64,000 nucleotides of DNA from Bdellovibrio sp. (GCA_036676395.1 JAKFCY010000002.1:1888001-1952000); one strand, 5' to 3'. Numbered from the stretch's first letter, positions 40,688 through 50,884 are shown. Program-made: numbers and translations. Notes: generated by a model not told the origin, from the letters alone.

Positions 40688-41299
40688 TTAAAGTGATTCG
40701 TGAACAAAAGTTAGATTTTTATCATCCAAAAGACCTACTGGCGTGATGATTGGCTCTTCAAGATCAAGCTCTTTACCGATGGCAGTTAGGCGATCTTCGA
40801 TAAGTTTAGAAACATAAGGGCCATCAAGTTTTAATTCTTTCATTTTTTGCAATCGTCCGACCGGAGTTCCTGTGACATCGCGAAATACTTTGTAAACCAA
40901 TTCACTGCAATAAATTCGGTCGTCAGAAAATTCGAAGAAAATATCATAAGGTTGGTTATACTTATACAAAGCTACATAAAGTCTTGGTAACATTTTTTGC
41001 GAAAACTTTTGATTGCGCATCACTTTATAAGACTTACTTTTACTGCGACCGATAAAAGACTTTAATGAATTAACCTGTAACGGGCCAACAGATTCAGCCA
41101 CGTGCCAATCGCCAGATTTTTTGATGATGATGCCCACGTGAGTCCAGATAGACTGAGTGCCTTCAGCAATTGCAGGTGCTTGCTCAGACTGGCTTTGAAT
41201 TAAGATAATGTCACCTTCAGCGATAACTTTTTCTAAAGGGATTATGGCCGCAAATGCAAAGTTTGAAATAAAGAAAATAGACAAAACTAATGTTTTCAT
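40688..41299 (-). CDS. YiiX/YebB permuted papain-like (NlpC/P60) protein
   Basis: EGDII...WTHVGII...PYDIFF...YCSELVY (His before Cys). Confidence 0.9.
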   Translation of the reverse strand: MKTLVLSIFFISNFAFAAIIPLEKVIAEGDIILIQSQSEQAPAIAEGTQSIWTHVGIIIKKSGDWHVAESVGPLQVNSLKSFIGRSKSKSYKVMRNQKFSQKMLPRLYVALYKYNQPYDIFFEFSDDRIYCSELVYKVFRDVTGTPVGRLQKMKELKLDGPYVSKLIEDRLTAIGKELDLEEPIITPVGLLDDKNLTFVHESL

Positions 41300-41351
41300 A
41301 CGCGAACAGTATAGGCGTCATTTTTTGAACGAGGCAAACATTTAAGTCGCT

Positions 41352-42239
41352 CTACTGCGTCGTTCTTTGATAGAAAAACCACGCCACTGCTGCAAAAATC
41401 GACGTGTTGGTATCACTTTTGTATAACGGTGAAGCTGTATTTTCAGATTCGCCAAAATAACTATGACTAGCCCCGAAAATAAAATTAAAACGATTGTACT
41501 CATACAAGAAGCTCTGCCCGATCGACATTGAAGCTAATCCCGCTTCGGCGTTGTAAGCGGCCCTGTCCGCGGTGGCGTAGACATTTTCCACCTGATAGTA
41601 GTAATTTGCCACACGTTCGCTGAAAAACTCCACAGCTAAAGATGTCGAAGCCGTTAAATTTGGCACTAAGAAATTTAATTTTTGAAATCTTAATTCGGGC
41701 TCAAAAACAAAACCCAAAAAATCAGTTCTTCGAAAATCGGTCTCAAAAGTTAAGCGCACGGGAATCTGTAACGTAAGGGATGCGACTTTAGGAAGCCTCC
41801 ATAACTTATAATTCAGGCTCGGACCGGTCTCTAGAATGTAATTTAAATTGGGCATTCCTAAGCGAGCTTTATTGTTTTCACTATCGCTGTTGAATCTGGC
41901 GCCAAAGCTTAAATTAATTTCGACTTCTTGCGACTTAAACAATTCGGCGCGCGTACCCTCTTCTTGATCTGATTTTAGAATATCACCACGATAAATTATT
42001 AAAGGAAGCAGCACGGTTTTTCGCGAATATTCATCAGCGGCTGGATAATCAGCAACTGAGCCAAACCCATAACCAACCCCAATTTCTAATTCAGAAATTG
42101 TCGGCTTTTTTTCTTTTTGTAATTGGATATTTTTTTCGATCTCGATGATGTTAATAAGGTTTTGATCAATGCGTTGAGCCCGCAATAGCGGGCTCAAAAA
42201 GATAATACAGATTAAAGGAATTAAATAACGACTATTCAT
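41352..42239 (-). CDS. MipA/OmpV-family outer membrane protein
   Basis: DYPAAD...LP..IYRG, R.GMP.L...E.GP, YYY.V...A...R.AY.A..G, SPL; probable ATG at 42239. Confidence 0.8.
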   Translation of the reverse strand: MNSRYLIPLICIIFLSPLLRAQRIDQNLINIIEIEKNIQLQKEKKPTISELEIGVGYGFGSVADYPAADEYSRKTVLLPLIIYRGDILKSDQEEGTRAELFKSQEVEINLSFGARFNSDSENNKARLGMPNLNYILETGPSLNYKLWRLPKVASLTLQIPVRLTFETDFRRTDFLGFVFEPELRFQKLNFLVPNLTASTSLAVEFFSERVANYYYQVENVYATADRAAYNAEAGLASMSIGQSFLYEYNRFNFIFGASHSYFGESENTASPLYKSDTNTSIFAAVAWFFYQRTTQ

Positions 42240-43638
42240 CGTCCATTTCATCATCACCCATAACACCTAAACTGTATTTTTCAACACGGTAGCGCATAGA
42301 TCTGAATGAAATTTTTAATAATTTAGCCGCTTTTTTCTTCACGCCGTTTGACGCATGAATCGCTTTTATTAATAATTCTTTTTCAATTTGGCCAACAACT
42401 TTATCAAGATCTAAGCCATCATCACCAATTTCAATTTCATTCGATGACGCCATCTTACGACCTGAAGTCGTGTTCACCATTGGCGGTAAAGATTCAGGTA
42501 AAATAGTTGAACCTGCCTCTAAAGCAACTGTGCGCTCGATCATGTTTTCTAATTCACGCACGTTACCCGGATAGTTGTACTTTTTAAGAACATCCATCGC
42601 TTCAACCGAGATCGTTTGAATTTGTTTGTTCAGCTTATCATTATATTTCTTTAAAAAGTGATTTGCTAAAAGTGGGATATCGTCTGAACGATCACGTAAC
42701 GGCGGGGATTTAATGCCGATAACATTTAAACGATAATATAAATCTTGGCGAAAGGTGCCTTTAGCAACCATGTCTTCAAGATTTCTATTTGTCGCAGCGA
42801 TAATACGCACTTCAACTTTATTATCATCAGTAGCACCTACACGACGAATAATTCTTTCCTGAATCGCACGAAGTAATTTAACCTGGATTGAAGCTGGTAA
42901 TTCACCCACCTCATCTAAGAATAAAGTTCCGCCGTCAGCTACTTCAAATAAACCCGCTTTATCAGCGATGGCTCCTGTGAAAGACCCTTTTTTATGACCA
43001 AACATTTCTGATTCCATTAAGTTTTCAGGAATCGCTCCGCAGTTCACTGTAACAAATGGCTTATCTTTTAGCGGACCGTTATAATGGATAGCCTTAGCGA
43101 TAACCTCTTTACCCGTACCAGATTCACCCGTAATTAATACATTTGTTGGCGCTTGTGACACGCGCTGAATTAAATTAAATACGGCGTGCATCGCATCCGA
43201 ATTACCGATCATATTTTGAAACGAGTACTCTTTTACTAATTCTTTTTTAAGAACGCGCACTTCAGTTTCTAAGTTTTTAGATCTTAATGCATTCGCGATA
43301 TTTAAGCGAACTTCATCGATTTTAAAAGGCTTAGTTAAATAATCATACGCGCCAAGTTTCATCGCTTCGACAGCAGTTTCAGTTGTGCCGAAGGCTGTGA
43401 TAATCATAAACACCAAATCAGGATAGTTTTCACGAACATGACGAAGTAATTCGATTCCCGTCACATTAGGCATTTGCATGTCAGAAATGACCATATCAAA
43501 TGATTTTTTGGTTAAAATTTCTTTAGCTTTGGCACCATCTTCTGCAGTGGTAACTTCATAGCCCTCTTTTTTTAGCATGATCTCGAGAAACTCTCGGATT
43601 GATTCTTCGTCGTCTACTACTAAAATGCGTGATTTCAT
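42232..43638 (-). CDS. pilR: Sigma54-dependent response regulator PilR
   Basis: REC + AAA+ (GESGTGKE, GSFTGA) + HTH ISFRSMRYR; downstream of pilS. Confidence 0.9.
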   Translation of the reverse strand: MKSRILVVDDEESIREFLEIMLKKEGYEVTTAEDGAKAKEILTKKSFDMVISDMQMPNVTGIELLRHVRENYPDLVFMIITAFGTTETAVEAMKLGAYDYLTKPFKIDEVRLNIANALRSKNLETEVRVLKKELVKEYSFQNMIGNSDAMHAVFNLIQRVSQAPTNVLITGESGTGKEVIAKAIHYNGPLKDKPFVTVNCGAIPENLMESEMFGHKKGSFTGAIADKAGLFEVADGGTLFLDEVGELPASIQVKLLRAIQERIIRRVGATDDNKVEVRIIAATNRNLEDMVAKGTFRQDLYYRLNVIGIKSPPLRDRSDDIPLLANHFLKKYNDKLNKQIQTISVEAMDVLKKYNYPGNVRELENMIERTVALEAGSTILPESLPPMVNTTSGRKMASSNEIEIGDDGLDLDKVVGQIEKELLIKAIHASNGVKKKAAKLLKISFRSMRYRVEKYSLGVMGDDEMDDE

Positions 43639-43657
43639 CTGTGTCTCCTAGTTGTCT

Positions 43658-45190
43658 TTATGCTCTTTTAAACTTTAAAATAAATTCTGTACCAATACCC
43701 ATTTCACTATGAATCTGAATTTGCGTCTGATGACTTTCAAGCACCTTGTGAGTGATTGCTAATCCAAGCCCCGTGCCTTTGGGTTTTGTTGTATAAAACG
43801 GTTCGAAAATTCGCTTTTTAACTTCTTCTGGCATTCCGCTGCCGTTATCTTTAATTGATAAAACCACTTCATCCCCAAAAGTTTCTAATCTAATTTCAAG
43901 AATTGGTTTTTCATTATTCATCATTGCTTGTACAGCGTTCATTGAAATATTTAAAAAAGCCTGTTTAAGCTTATCTGAAAAACCAAAAATTACACCAGAA
44001 TTTACTTTCGCGATCAATTCCAGTTGTTTTGGTGTGTGAGGGCTAGCTTTGATATTGTTAATCACATCATTCATCACATAAGCCAGATCAACTTTTTGAT
44101 CTGGACGTGTTTCAGGTTTTGAATAATCTAAAAATTCAGTGATTAAATTATTTAAACGATCAATTTCTCTTAAAATGATTTTCATTAGCTTTTGATCATC
44201 AGGATTTTGTGTCTCATGTGATAACAATTCAATACTGCCGCTAATACCTGCTAACGGATTTCTGATCTCGTGGGCGATACCTGCTGCCAGTTGACCAATA
44301 GCCGCTAATTTTTCACGCTGGCGCATTTGGTCTTGCAGGTGTTTAACTTCGGTCACATCTTTTAACATCATCAAATTAACAGTTTCATTAAGATAAACAT
44401 CTTGATAGCTGGCTTGATTAACTTCGTAGATCTTTTTTTCTTGCAGCTGGGCATTAAAAAAAGAAAATTCACTCTGCACACGATCTTGGGTTTGGGTAAA
44501 AATAGTGCGCAAATCCTGAATAGATAAATGTAAGCGCTCAGTCAGATTTTTATTCGCAAATAACAAATCATTGCTATTATTAAAGGCCGTTAAACCTGTT
44601 GGCATTTGCTGAATTAAAATCTCAGAGAATTCTTCGCGCGACCGAAGCTTGCGGCTTACCGAGCTTAATTCTGTGTGCAAATCTTTAAGCTGCACGCGAA
44701 ATTGCTGTGAAATAATTGAAACTGTAATAAATGAAAAATTAAATAAAACTAAGGTAAATAAATTTTGAATGCCTTCCCAGCGGACCGACAGCAAATTAAC
44801 TAACGATAGGCTTAGCGAGCTGAATACCGTAAGTAATACAGATGCATTCTTGGGTAACTCAGAACCTGCAATAAATAATAAAATAAGTAAGACAATCAGA
44901 TTAAAGCTAGATAACACCGAATGTTGTGCCATTAAGTAGAATAAAATTGAAAAATCAAAAATATACGACAGCACATGATTTTTGCTGTTAGCGTAATACA
45001 ATAGCAAATGGTGCCCAAAGAACAATAAGACCGCCGCATAAAAATGAATTAAAAAACCCACCTGTAAAAACGGCGCTTGCGACAAAATCGCCAATTGAAA
45101 TAGAATACAGTATAAAAATAATACCACAGCTCGCCAATCGCGAGCCGTTAATGAATTTAAGTACTGTTCGATTTGAATTCTATTGAGCAA
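43658..45190 (-). CDS. pilS: Sensor histidine kinase PilS
   Basis: Multi-TM N-terminus, AAGIAHEIRNPL, GTGLGL; probable TTG start at 45190 after GGAGA. Confidence 0.85.
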   Translation of the reverse strand: MLNRIQIEQYLNSLTARDWRAVVLFLYCILFQLAILSQAPFLQVGFLIHFYAAVLLFFGHHLLLYYANSKNHVLSYIFDFSILFYLMAQHSVLSSFNLIVLLILLFIAGSELPKNASVLLTVFSSLSLSLVNLLSVRWEGIQNLFTLVLFNFSFITVSIISQQFRVQLKDLHTELSSVSRKLRSREEFSEILIQQMPTGLTAFNNSNDLLFANKNLTERLHLSIQDLRTIFTQTQDRVQSEFSFFNAQLQEKKIYEVNQASYQDVYLNETVNLMMLKDVTEVKHLQDQMRQREKLAAIGQLAAGIAHEIRNPLAGISGSIELLSHETQNPDDQKLMKIILREIDRLNNLITEFLDYSKPETRPDQKVDLAYVMNDVINNIKASPHTPKQLELIAKVNSGVIFGFSDKLKQAFLNISMNAVQAMMNNEKPILEIRLETFGDEVVLSIKDNGSGMPEEVKKRIFEPFYTTKPKGTGLGLAITHKVLESHQTQIQIHSEMGIGTEFILKFKRA

Positions 45191-46415
45191 CAGTATCTCC
45201 CATTTGGAAAATCGGTAAATACATGGCAACTAGAATAAAACCAATGGCTCCACCGAGAACGATCATTAAAATTGGCTCAATCAACGAGGTCATACCGCGA
45301 ATGGCATTTTCAACTTCATCTTCGTAGAAATCAGCAATTTTACCTAACATGGCATCTAAGGCTCCCGTCTGCTCACCGATAGCCACCATTTGCGAAACCA
45401 TTTGTGGAATTTCTTTTTGTCTAGATAGCGGCAAATGAAATGGGCGACCTACTGAAATCGACTCTTTACAGCTCTTAAGTGCATTTTCGATAACACAATT
45501 ACCAGCTGTATTGGCAGCGATATCAATTGATTCAAGCATACTGATACCTGATGACAGTAGCGTCGACATGGTACGTGATAAACGGGCCACGCTGGATTTT
45601 TGCACGACATCACCAAAAATCGGCGCGTTGATTAAAAATTTATCCAGAACTTGCCGGCCTTCTTTGCTGGCAAAAAATGAAATGATAAAATAAGTAGCCA
45701 CGAATAAAACTGCAATAATAGCTAACCAGTTATTTCTTAACGCGTCTGAAAAGTTAATTAAAAGTTGTGTTAAGCCCGGAAGGTCTTTACCACTTGATTT
45801 ATAAAGCTCTTGAAACTTTGGAATAATAAAAACGATAATACCTGTAATAACCGCAATCGCTGCAAACACGATCACCATCGGCATCATCATAGCACTCTTA
45901 ATCTGATTTTTGATCTTTTCATTTTTTTCAGAATAAATTGATAAACGATTTAAAATCACATCGATAATACCGGCTTCTTCACCAGCACGAATCATATTAC
46001 AATAAAGATCATCAAATACACGCGGATAAGCCTTCATTGAATCAGATAATCTTTTACCTGTTTCAATCGACGCTTTAATTTGAATAATCGCTTCTTTGAT
46101 CAATTTATCAGAAGTTGATTCAGAAAGAATTTTTAAAGCATCGACAATCGGAATACCCGAATTAATTAGAGTCGCAAATTGGCGGGTAAAGATTTGTAAA
46201 TCTTTAGTTTTAACTTTGGGCGCAAAAAAGGCCCCAAGTGCCCCAATATCATGAGCCCCTTTTTTAGTCGTCGTACTAGCCACTACTTTCAAAGTCATCG
46301 GCATTAATTGTTTAGCGCGCAATCTGACTTTTGCTTCAGGTTCGTCTTTAGCGTCGATATAACCGGTCTGAATTTTTCCGCTCAGTGAACGGGCCTGGAA
46401 TTGATACTTTGCCAT
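45180..46415 (-). CDS. pilC: Type IV pilus platform protein PilC
   Basis: FTRQFATLINSG, AGEEAG, IGEQTGALD, IEP...MYLPIF. Confidence 0.95.
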   Translation of the reverse strand: MAKYQFQARSLSGKIQTGYIDAKDEPEAKVRLRAKQLMPMTLKVVASTTTKKGAHDIGALGAFFAPKVKTKDLQIFTRQFATLINSGIPIVDALKILSESTSDKLIKEAIIQIKASIETGKRLSDSMKAYPRVFDDLYCNMIRAGEEAGIIDVILNRLSIYSEKNEKIKNQIKSAMMMPMVIVFAAIAVITGIIVFIIPKFQELYKSSGKDLPGLTQLLINFSDALRNNWLAIIAVLFVATYFIISFFASKEGRQVLDKFLINAPIFGDVVQKSSVARLSRTMSTLLSSGISMLESIDIAANTAGNCVIENALKSCKESISVGRPFHLPLSRQKEIPQMVSQMVAIGEQTGALDAMLGKIADFYEDEVENAIRGMTSLIEPILMIVLGGAIGFILVAMYLPIFQMGDTVAQ

Positions 46416-46418
46416 ATT

Positions 46419-47438
46419 TTACAACCCCATTCGCTTTAATTGTTTATCTAAATCGTCTGGCGCCTCAGTGGTTGCAAACGCTGATTTAACATCAATGCGC
46501 CTGCGCACTAAAGCCTGAATAATAGATTGATTTAAGCTCTGAAAATATTTTTTAAAGGCTTCGTCATCATGCTGTTTTTTAAATTCAGAAAATGACATTT
46601 TAAAAAGATCTTCTTTAAATTCTTGCTGAGCTACAAAAAATTCATGAACTGCACCCTCTTTGATGCCGATCACTTTTTGATAACAAATACTATTTAACAC
46701 CTGATAAAAACGACGCGCTAAATTGCTCTGAAAACCAATTTGCGAAATAATTTGTTCCAGGCAGTTTTCTACTGACAGGCCAGAAATCGTTAAATAAACC
46801 GAACGACCCTCTTCACAAAGCTTAATCCACTTTTCCCAGTTTTTAATGCTGTTAAAATCAACGACAAATTGATCGATACCATCATAAATCGGATGGTGAG
46901 CTTCCCACGCTAAAGTTTCTTCAGACAGGTGAATTAATGAATCAATATTTAACATCGACAAAGTCGAAAAATTTCCGTGAACGGCAATTAACTTTGGCGA
47001 ATCTTTTTTAATTTCAGAAACAATATCTTTTAACAGTGATGATTTACCCTGGCCACGTTGGCCAGTCACAATAAATAAACCACTGCTTTTTTTCAAAGTG
47101 TCCCAAAAAACCGGCGACTGGATATACTGGCTTAATTCAAAATTAGGAATCACGCTAAAATAGGCTTTTAGGCAATCTTTGTGCTCGGTGAATGAAAACA
47201 ACCACTGTTGATCAGAGGCTTTATAAACCCCACGCACAAACCCTTTAGTTTCTAGCGCCAGCTTATCGTTATTTTGCAAACATAAATCTTTAAGGTCTTC
47301 CCATTCAGAATAACCTAAACTTTCTTTATCAATTTCTAACCATTCACTTCTGACTTTAGCGATAGTTTTATGGCCAAGACGAAATTGCACCTCTAAAGCT
47401 GAAGAATCTTTTACTTTCGTTAAAATCTTTTCAATCAT
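46419..47438 (-). CDS. pilT: Degenerate PilT-like protein
   Basis: Located between pilB and pilC with PilT length; Walker A GQRGQGKS kept; C-terminal QSLNQSI..LV....I retained; Asp box, Walker B and His box not recognisable. Confidence 0.65.
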   Translation of the reverse strand: MIEKILTKVKDSSALEVQFRLGHKTIAKVRSEWLEIDKESLGYSEWEDLKDLCLQNNDKLALETKGFVRGVYKASDQQWLFSFTEHKDCLKAYFSVIPNFELSQYIQSPVFWDTLKKSSGLFIVTGQRGQGKSSLLKDIVSEIKKDSPKLIAVHGNFSTLSMLNIDSLIHLSEETLAWEAHHPIYDGIDQFVVDFNSIKNWEKWIKLCEEGRSVYLTISGLSVENCLEQIISQIGFQSNLARRFYQVLNSICYQKVIGIKEGAVHEFFVAQQEFKEDLFKMSFSEFKKQHDDEAFKKYFQSLNQSIIQALVRRRIDVKSAFATTEAPDDLDKQLKRMGL

Positions 47439-47451
47439 AGTTGCATATCCC

Positions 47452-49170
47452 CTAGTCGTCTCTCACAGATGTATTTAAAACTTCGTCAATTGTAGTCTGG
47501 CCGCGCGCTAATTTTAACAAGCCACTTCGACGTAATGTGCGAAAGCCTAATTCTCTTGTTAACCGACGCAGTTCTGCAGCCGATGCATTTCGTAAAATCG
47601 CTTCTTTAATTTTTTCAGTTGATAATGGCATTAATTCATAAATCGCAAGTCGACCGCGAATACCTGTATTATTACAAGTTGAGCAACCTTTGCCGCGCAT
47701 CAAATTAAATCGTGGAATATCTGCTTTGCTAACACCAAGATTTAACAATGTAGATTCTGGTACCTGCACAGGCTCTTTGCATTGTTCACAAATTTTTCCT
47801 ACAAGGCGCTGAGCGACAATAAGATTTACCGTCGAAGAAATTAAATAAGCCGCCACACCCATTTCAGTCAAACGCACAACCGTCGAAGGGGCGTCATTGG
47901 TGTGAAGCGTACTTAAGACCAAATGACCTGTCGAGGCCGCTTTAAAAGCAATTTCTGCAGTCTCTAAGTCACGAATCTCTCCCACCATGATGATGTCGGG
48001 ATCTTGACGAAGAAAGGCTCGCAAAGCACTTCCAAAATTCAGATCGATATCTGGATTCATTTGCACTTGATTAATACCTTGAAGATTGAACTCGATAGGA
48101 TCTTCAGCTGTACTGATATTTACATCTGCCTGATTTAATTCAGCGAGTGCAGAGTAAATCGTGGTGGTTTTTCCGGAACCCGTAGGCCCTGTGATCAACA
48201 CCATGCCCTGGGGAAGGCTAACGCAACTTTTAAATAATTTTAAATCATCTTCTTCAAAGCCGAGCTTGGTCATATCGAGTTGAAGATTTGATTTATCAAG
48301 TAAACGCATGACCACTTTTTCGCCCCACATGGTCGGAACCGTGTTCACACGAAAATCCATTTCTTTATTTTCTTTGGCGATATTGATTTTCAAACGGCCA
48401 TCCTGCGGACGGCGTTTTTCAGCAATATCCATTTTCGACATAATTTTAATACGCGCAACGATAGCGGGCCCTGAAGTAACGCTTGGGGCAGCTACTTCAA
48501 GAAGCGATCCATCGATACGAAAGCGCACGCGAAAACTTTTCTCATAAGGTTCTAAGTGGATGTCTGAGGCACGTCTGCGCATGGCTTCAATCAAAATACC
48601 ATTCACAAATTTAACAATCGGAGCAGAGCCGATTTTACTATCGGCCTCTTCATTAACTTCGGTAGAGGTGTTTCCACCCATAGCGATATCGCCAACGTCA
48701 TCGCCACCTAAGTTTTCATCGTCGTTAAATTGCTGTTCATTCTGCTTAAACGTGCCGTAAAATTTTTCAATCGCTTGGACAATTGATAAATCGGTCGCAA
48801 GAACCGGTTGTACTTTGCATTTGGTTAAGAAACGAATTTGATCTCGGATTTCAATATTTGCAGGATCAGCAAAGGCCACGACTAGCGTAGTTCCCGCTTT
48901 GGATACAGGAATCACATTGTTTTTGTCGCAAAATTCTCGAGGCACTAAGGATAAAGCTGAAGATTCAATTTCAATTTGACTCAGGTCAACGCCGGGAATT
49001 CCGTACTGCTTTTCTAGGGCTCGCAGTATCTGAGAATCTTTTAAAATTCCGGAGTTTACGATAACCGAACCAAGTCGTGCTTTTGTCTTTGCCGATTCAG
49101 CCAACGCAACCTGCAACTGATCCGGACGGATCAGGCCTTGACGTGTTAGAATTTCCCCAAGCTTCGACAT
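47452..49170 (-). CDS. pilB: Type IV pilus assembly ATPase PilB
   Basis: GPTGSGKTTT, EDPIE, LRQDPDIIMVGEIRD, TGHLVLSTLHTND, tetra-Cys; N-terminal KLGEIL (MshEN-like). Confidence 0.97.
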   Translation of the reverse strand: MSKLGEILTRQGLIRPDQLQVALAESAKTKARLGSVIVNSGILKDSQILRALEKQYGIPGVDLSQIEIESSALSLVPREFCDKNNVIPVSKAGTTLVVAFADPANIEIRDQIRFLTKCKVQPVLATDLSIVQAIEKFYGTFKQNEQQFNDDENLGGDDVGDIAMGGNTSTEVNEEADSKIGSAPIVKFVNGILIEAMRRRASDIHLEPYEKSFRVRFRIDGSLLEVAAPSVTSGPAIVARIKIMSKMDIAEKRRPQDGRLKINIAKENKEMDFRVNTVPTMWGEKVVMRLLDKSNLQLDMTKLGFEEDDLKLFKSCVSLPQGMVLITGPTGSGKTTTIYSALAELNQADVNISTAEDPIEFNLQGINQVQMNPDIDLNFGSALRAFLRQDPDIIMVGEIRDLETAEIAFKAASTGHLVLSTLHTNDAPSTVVRLTEMGVAAYLISSTVNLIVAQRLVGKICEQCKEPVQVPESTLLNLGVSKADIPRFNLMRGKGCSTCNNTGIRGRLAIYELMPLSTEKIKEAILRNASAAELRRLTRELGFRTLRRSGLLKLARGQTTIDEVLNTSVRDD

Positions 49171-49220
49171 AGTATAAGTCTACTGAAGGTGACGTTTTTT
49201 GTAACTAGACCTAGGAACGG

Positions 49221-49958
49221 TTATTTGCGGTTTTTTTGAAATAATCTGTATTTATGCAAATGAAAATCCGCAGAATCCAAGACGCGCAAAGAAGCCTTTT
49301 CTGCCTCTGAAGAAAGCGCGTCGTTTGAATAATTTTGCAGATCAAAAAAGATCGCGCGTTCGGCGACAAAATTAAAGTATGTCAGCGTCTCTACCAGGTC
49401 AGGATGTTCATTAAGATCAAAATCAATCGCCAGTAAACTTGCAAGGTCTGCAATATTGGCCATTTCATCAAGACTTAGTTGAGTTAACTGCACATTAAAC
49501 AAAAACTTCTGTACCCCTGCGATTTGGTTTTGATAAGAAACATTACCTGGCGACACTAAATAAATTTTCTTAAATCCTAATTTTGCCAAAGCAATGGCAT
49601 AGGTAATCAAAAAAGAATAGTTTCCGATAAGCACGGCGTATTTTGCCACATCGACGGCAATATGCTGCGACTGTAAAAAGCTAACAAAAGCTGCTGAACT
49701 TAAATGTATCGGTTTAAATTTATTATTTTCATTCGCAAAAGCATCAACGGCACCGGTTGATTGAATTGGCCAATCTAAGAGCGGCATTCGTGCTAAAATT
49801 TCTTGATTCTGCTGTTCAGAAAGTTCGATCAAATCAAAATCTGAATGCATCAACTCATCTTCATTCATTGGCTCAAAATGAATTTCAATATCAGTCGCAT
49901 TGATTAGTTTTTCACTGAGTTCGGCAGCACCTAGTTCGATTGATCGATATATTTTCAT
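49221..49958 (-). CDS. Degenerate shikimate dehydrogenase (AroE)-like protein
   Basis: TGAVDA ~ IGAVNT; AVLIGNY ~ LGAGG; FFDLQNY ~ YDLxY; AEKASLRVLDSADF ~ A...G...DG..ML; catalytic motifs eroded. Confidence 0.45.
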   Translation of the reverse strand: MKIYRSIELGAAELSEKLINATDIEIHFEPMNEDELMHSDFDLIELSEQQNQEILARMPLLDWPIQSTGAVDAFANENNKFKPIHLSSAAFVSFLQSQHIAVDVAKYAVLIGNYSFLITYAIALAKLGFKKIYLVSPGNVSYQNQIAGVQKFLFNVQLTQLSLDEMANIADLASLLAIDFDLNEHPDLVETLTYFNFVAERAIFFDLQNYSNDALSSEAEKASLRVLDSADFHLHKYRLFQKNRK

Positions 49959-50884
49959 GAACCAAAAAACTTTCTAGCTTCATCAATATCATTAAAAATT
50001 TGATGCTTAAGTGAATCGACGCTAGAAAATTTCATTTCATCACGGTGAAAATGCTGCAGCTCAACTTTGATTTGTTCGCCATAAATTTCTTCGTTGAAAT
50101 TAAAGATATGAGTTTCAACTTTTAAATAAGAATTATCATTTTCAAACGTTGGGTTATAGCCAATATTTGTAATCGATTTAAAAACTTTTTCATTCCAATA
50201 GACCAAAGAAAAATAGACGCCCTTGCGCGGAACAAAATCAATATCAGGACTTACATTTGCGGTCGGCACCCCTAGCTGGCGGCCACGTTTAAAACCCACA
50301 CGAACTGGTCCGCGAATATAATACTTGCGACCCAAAAACTGCTCAGCCTGCTCAAGGTTTCCGTGCTCTAAAAGCTTACGAATAACAGATGAAGAAACTA
50401 CTTGTCCCGAAAGTTCGAGAGCGCTGACAACCGTCAAGCCAATTTGATTTTTTTGGCAGTATTCACGTAAGAAATCGATACCACCTGAACGGTCTTTTCC
50501 GAAGTTAAAATCATAGCCAACCACAAGGTGTTTTGGCTTAAAATAACGAGTGATGTAAAGATCCAAAAACTCATCCGCCTGCATGAGTGAAAAATCCTTT
50601 GTAAATTTTTCCTCAATTAGAAAGTCGATCCCCATGGCTTCCATCTTTTCAGCTTGGTCTTTGTAATCAAAAAGTCTAAGCACTGGCGTACCGGGATTTA
50701 ACAAAACGCGGGGGTGTGGCTTAAAAGTCAGAACCACAGAGGGTAAATTATACTCTTTACCTTGAAAAATAAGCTCTTTTAGAAGCTTTTGATGCCCTAA
50801 GTGCACGCCATCGAAGTTTCCGACGGTTAAAACCGATCCATTCAGGTGAGGTAAAGATTGATCGACGGTACGAATCCATTTCAT
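49955..50884 (-). CDS. ribF: Bifunctional riboflavin kinase/FAD synthetase
   Basis: GNFDGVHLGHQ, GRQLGVPTAN, NIGYNPTF, ETHIF. Confidence 0.98.
   Translation of the reverse strand: MKWIRTVDQSLPHLNGSVLTVGNFDGVHLGHQKLLKELIFQGKEYNLPSVVLTFKPHPRVLLNPGTPVLRLFDYKDQAEKMEAMGIDFLIEEKFTKDFSLMQADEFLDLYITRYFKPKHLVVGYDFNFGKDRSGGIDFLREYCQKNQIGLTVVSALELSGQVVSSSVIRKLLEHGNLEQAEQFLGRKYYIRGPVRVGFKRGRQLGVPTANVSPDIDFVPRKGVYFSLVYWNEKVFKSITNIGYNPTFENDNSYLKVETHIFNFNEEIYGEQIKVELQHFHRDEMKFSSVDSLKHQIFNDIDEARKFFGS

Noticed and set aside
20511..41300. Integrative island or prophage at tRNA-Leu
   Set aside because: No integrase, capsid, terminase or duplicated tRNA 3' end was seen. The tail-fibre-like gene has a signal peptide and the host MAT architecture.
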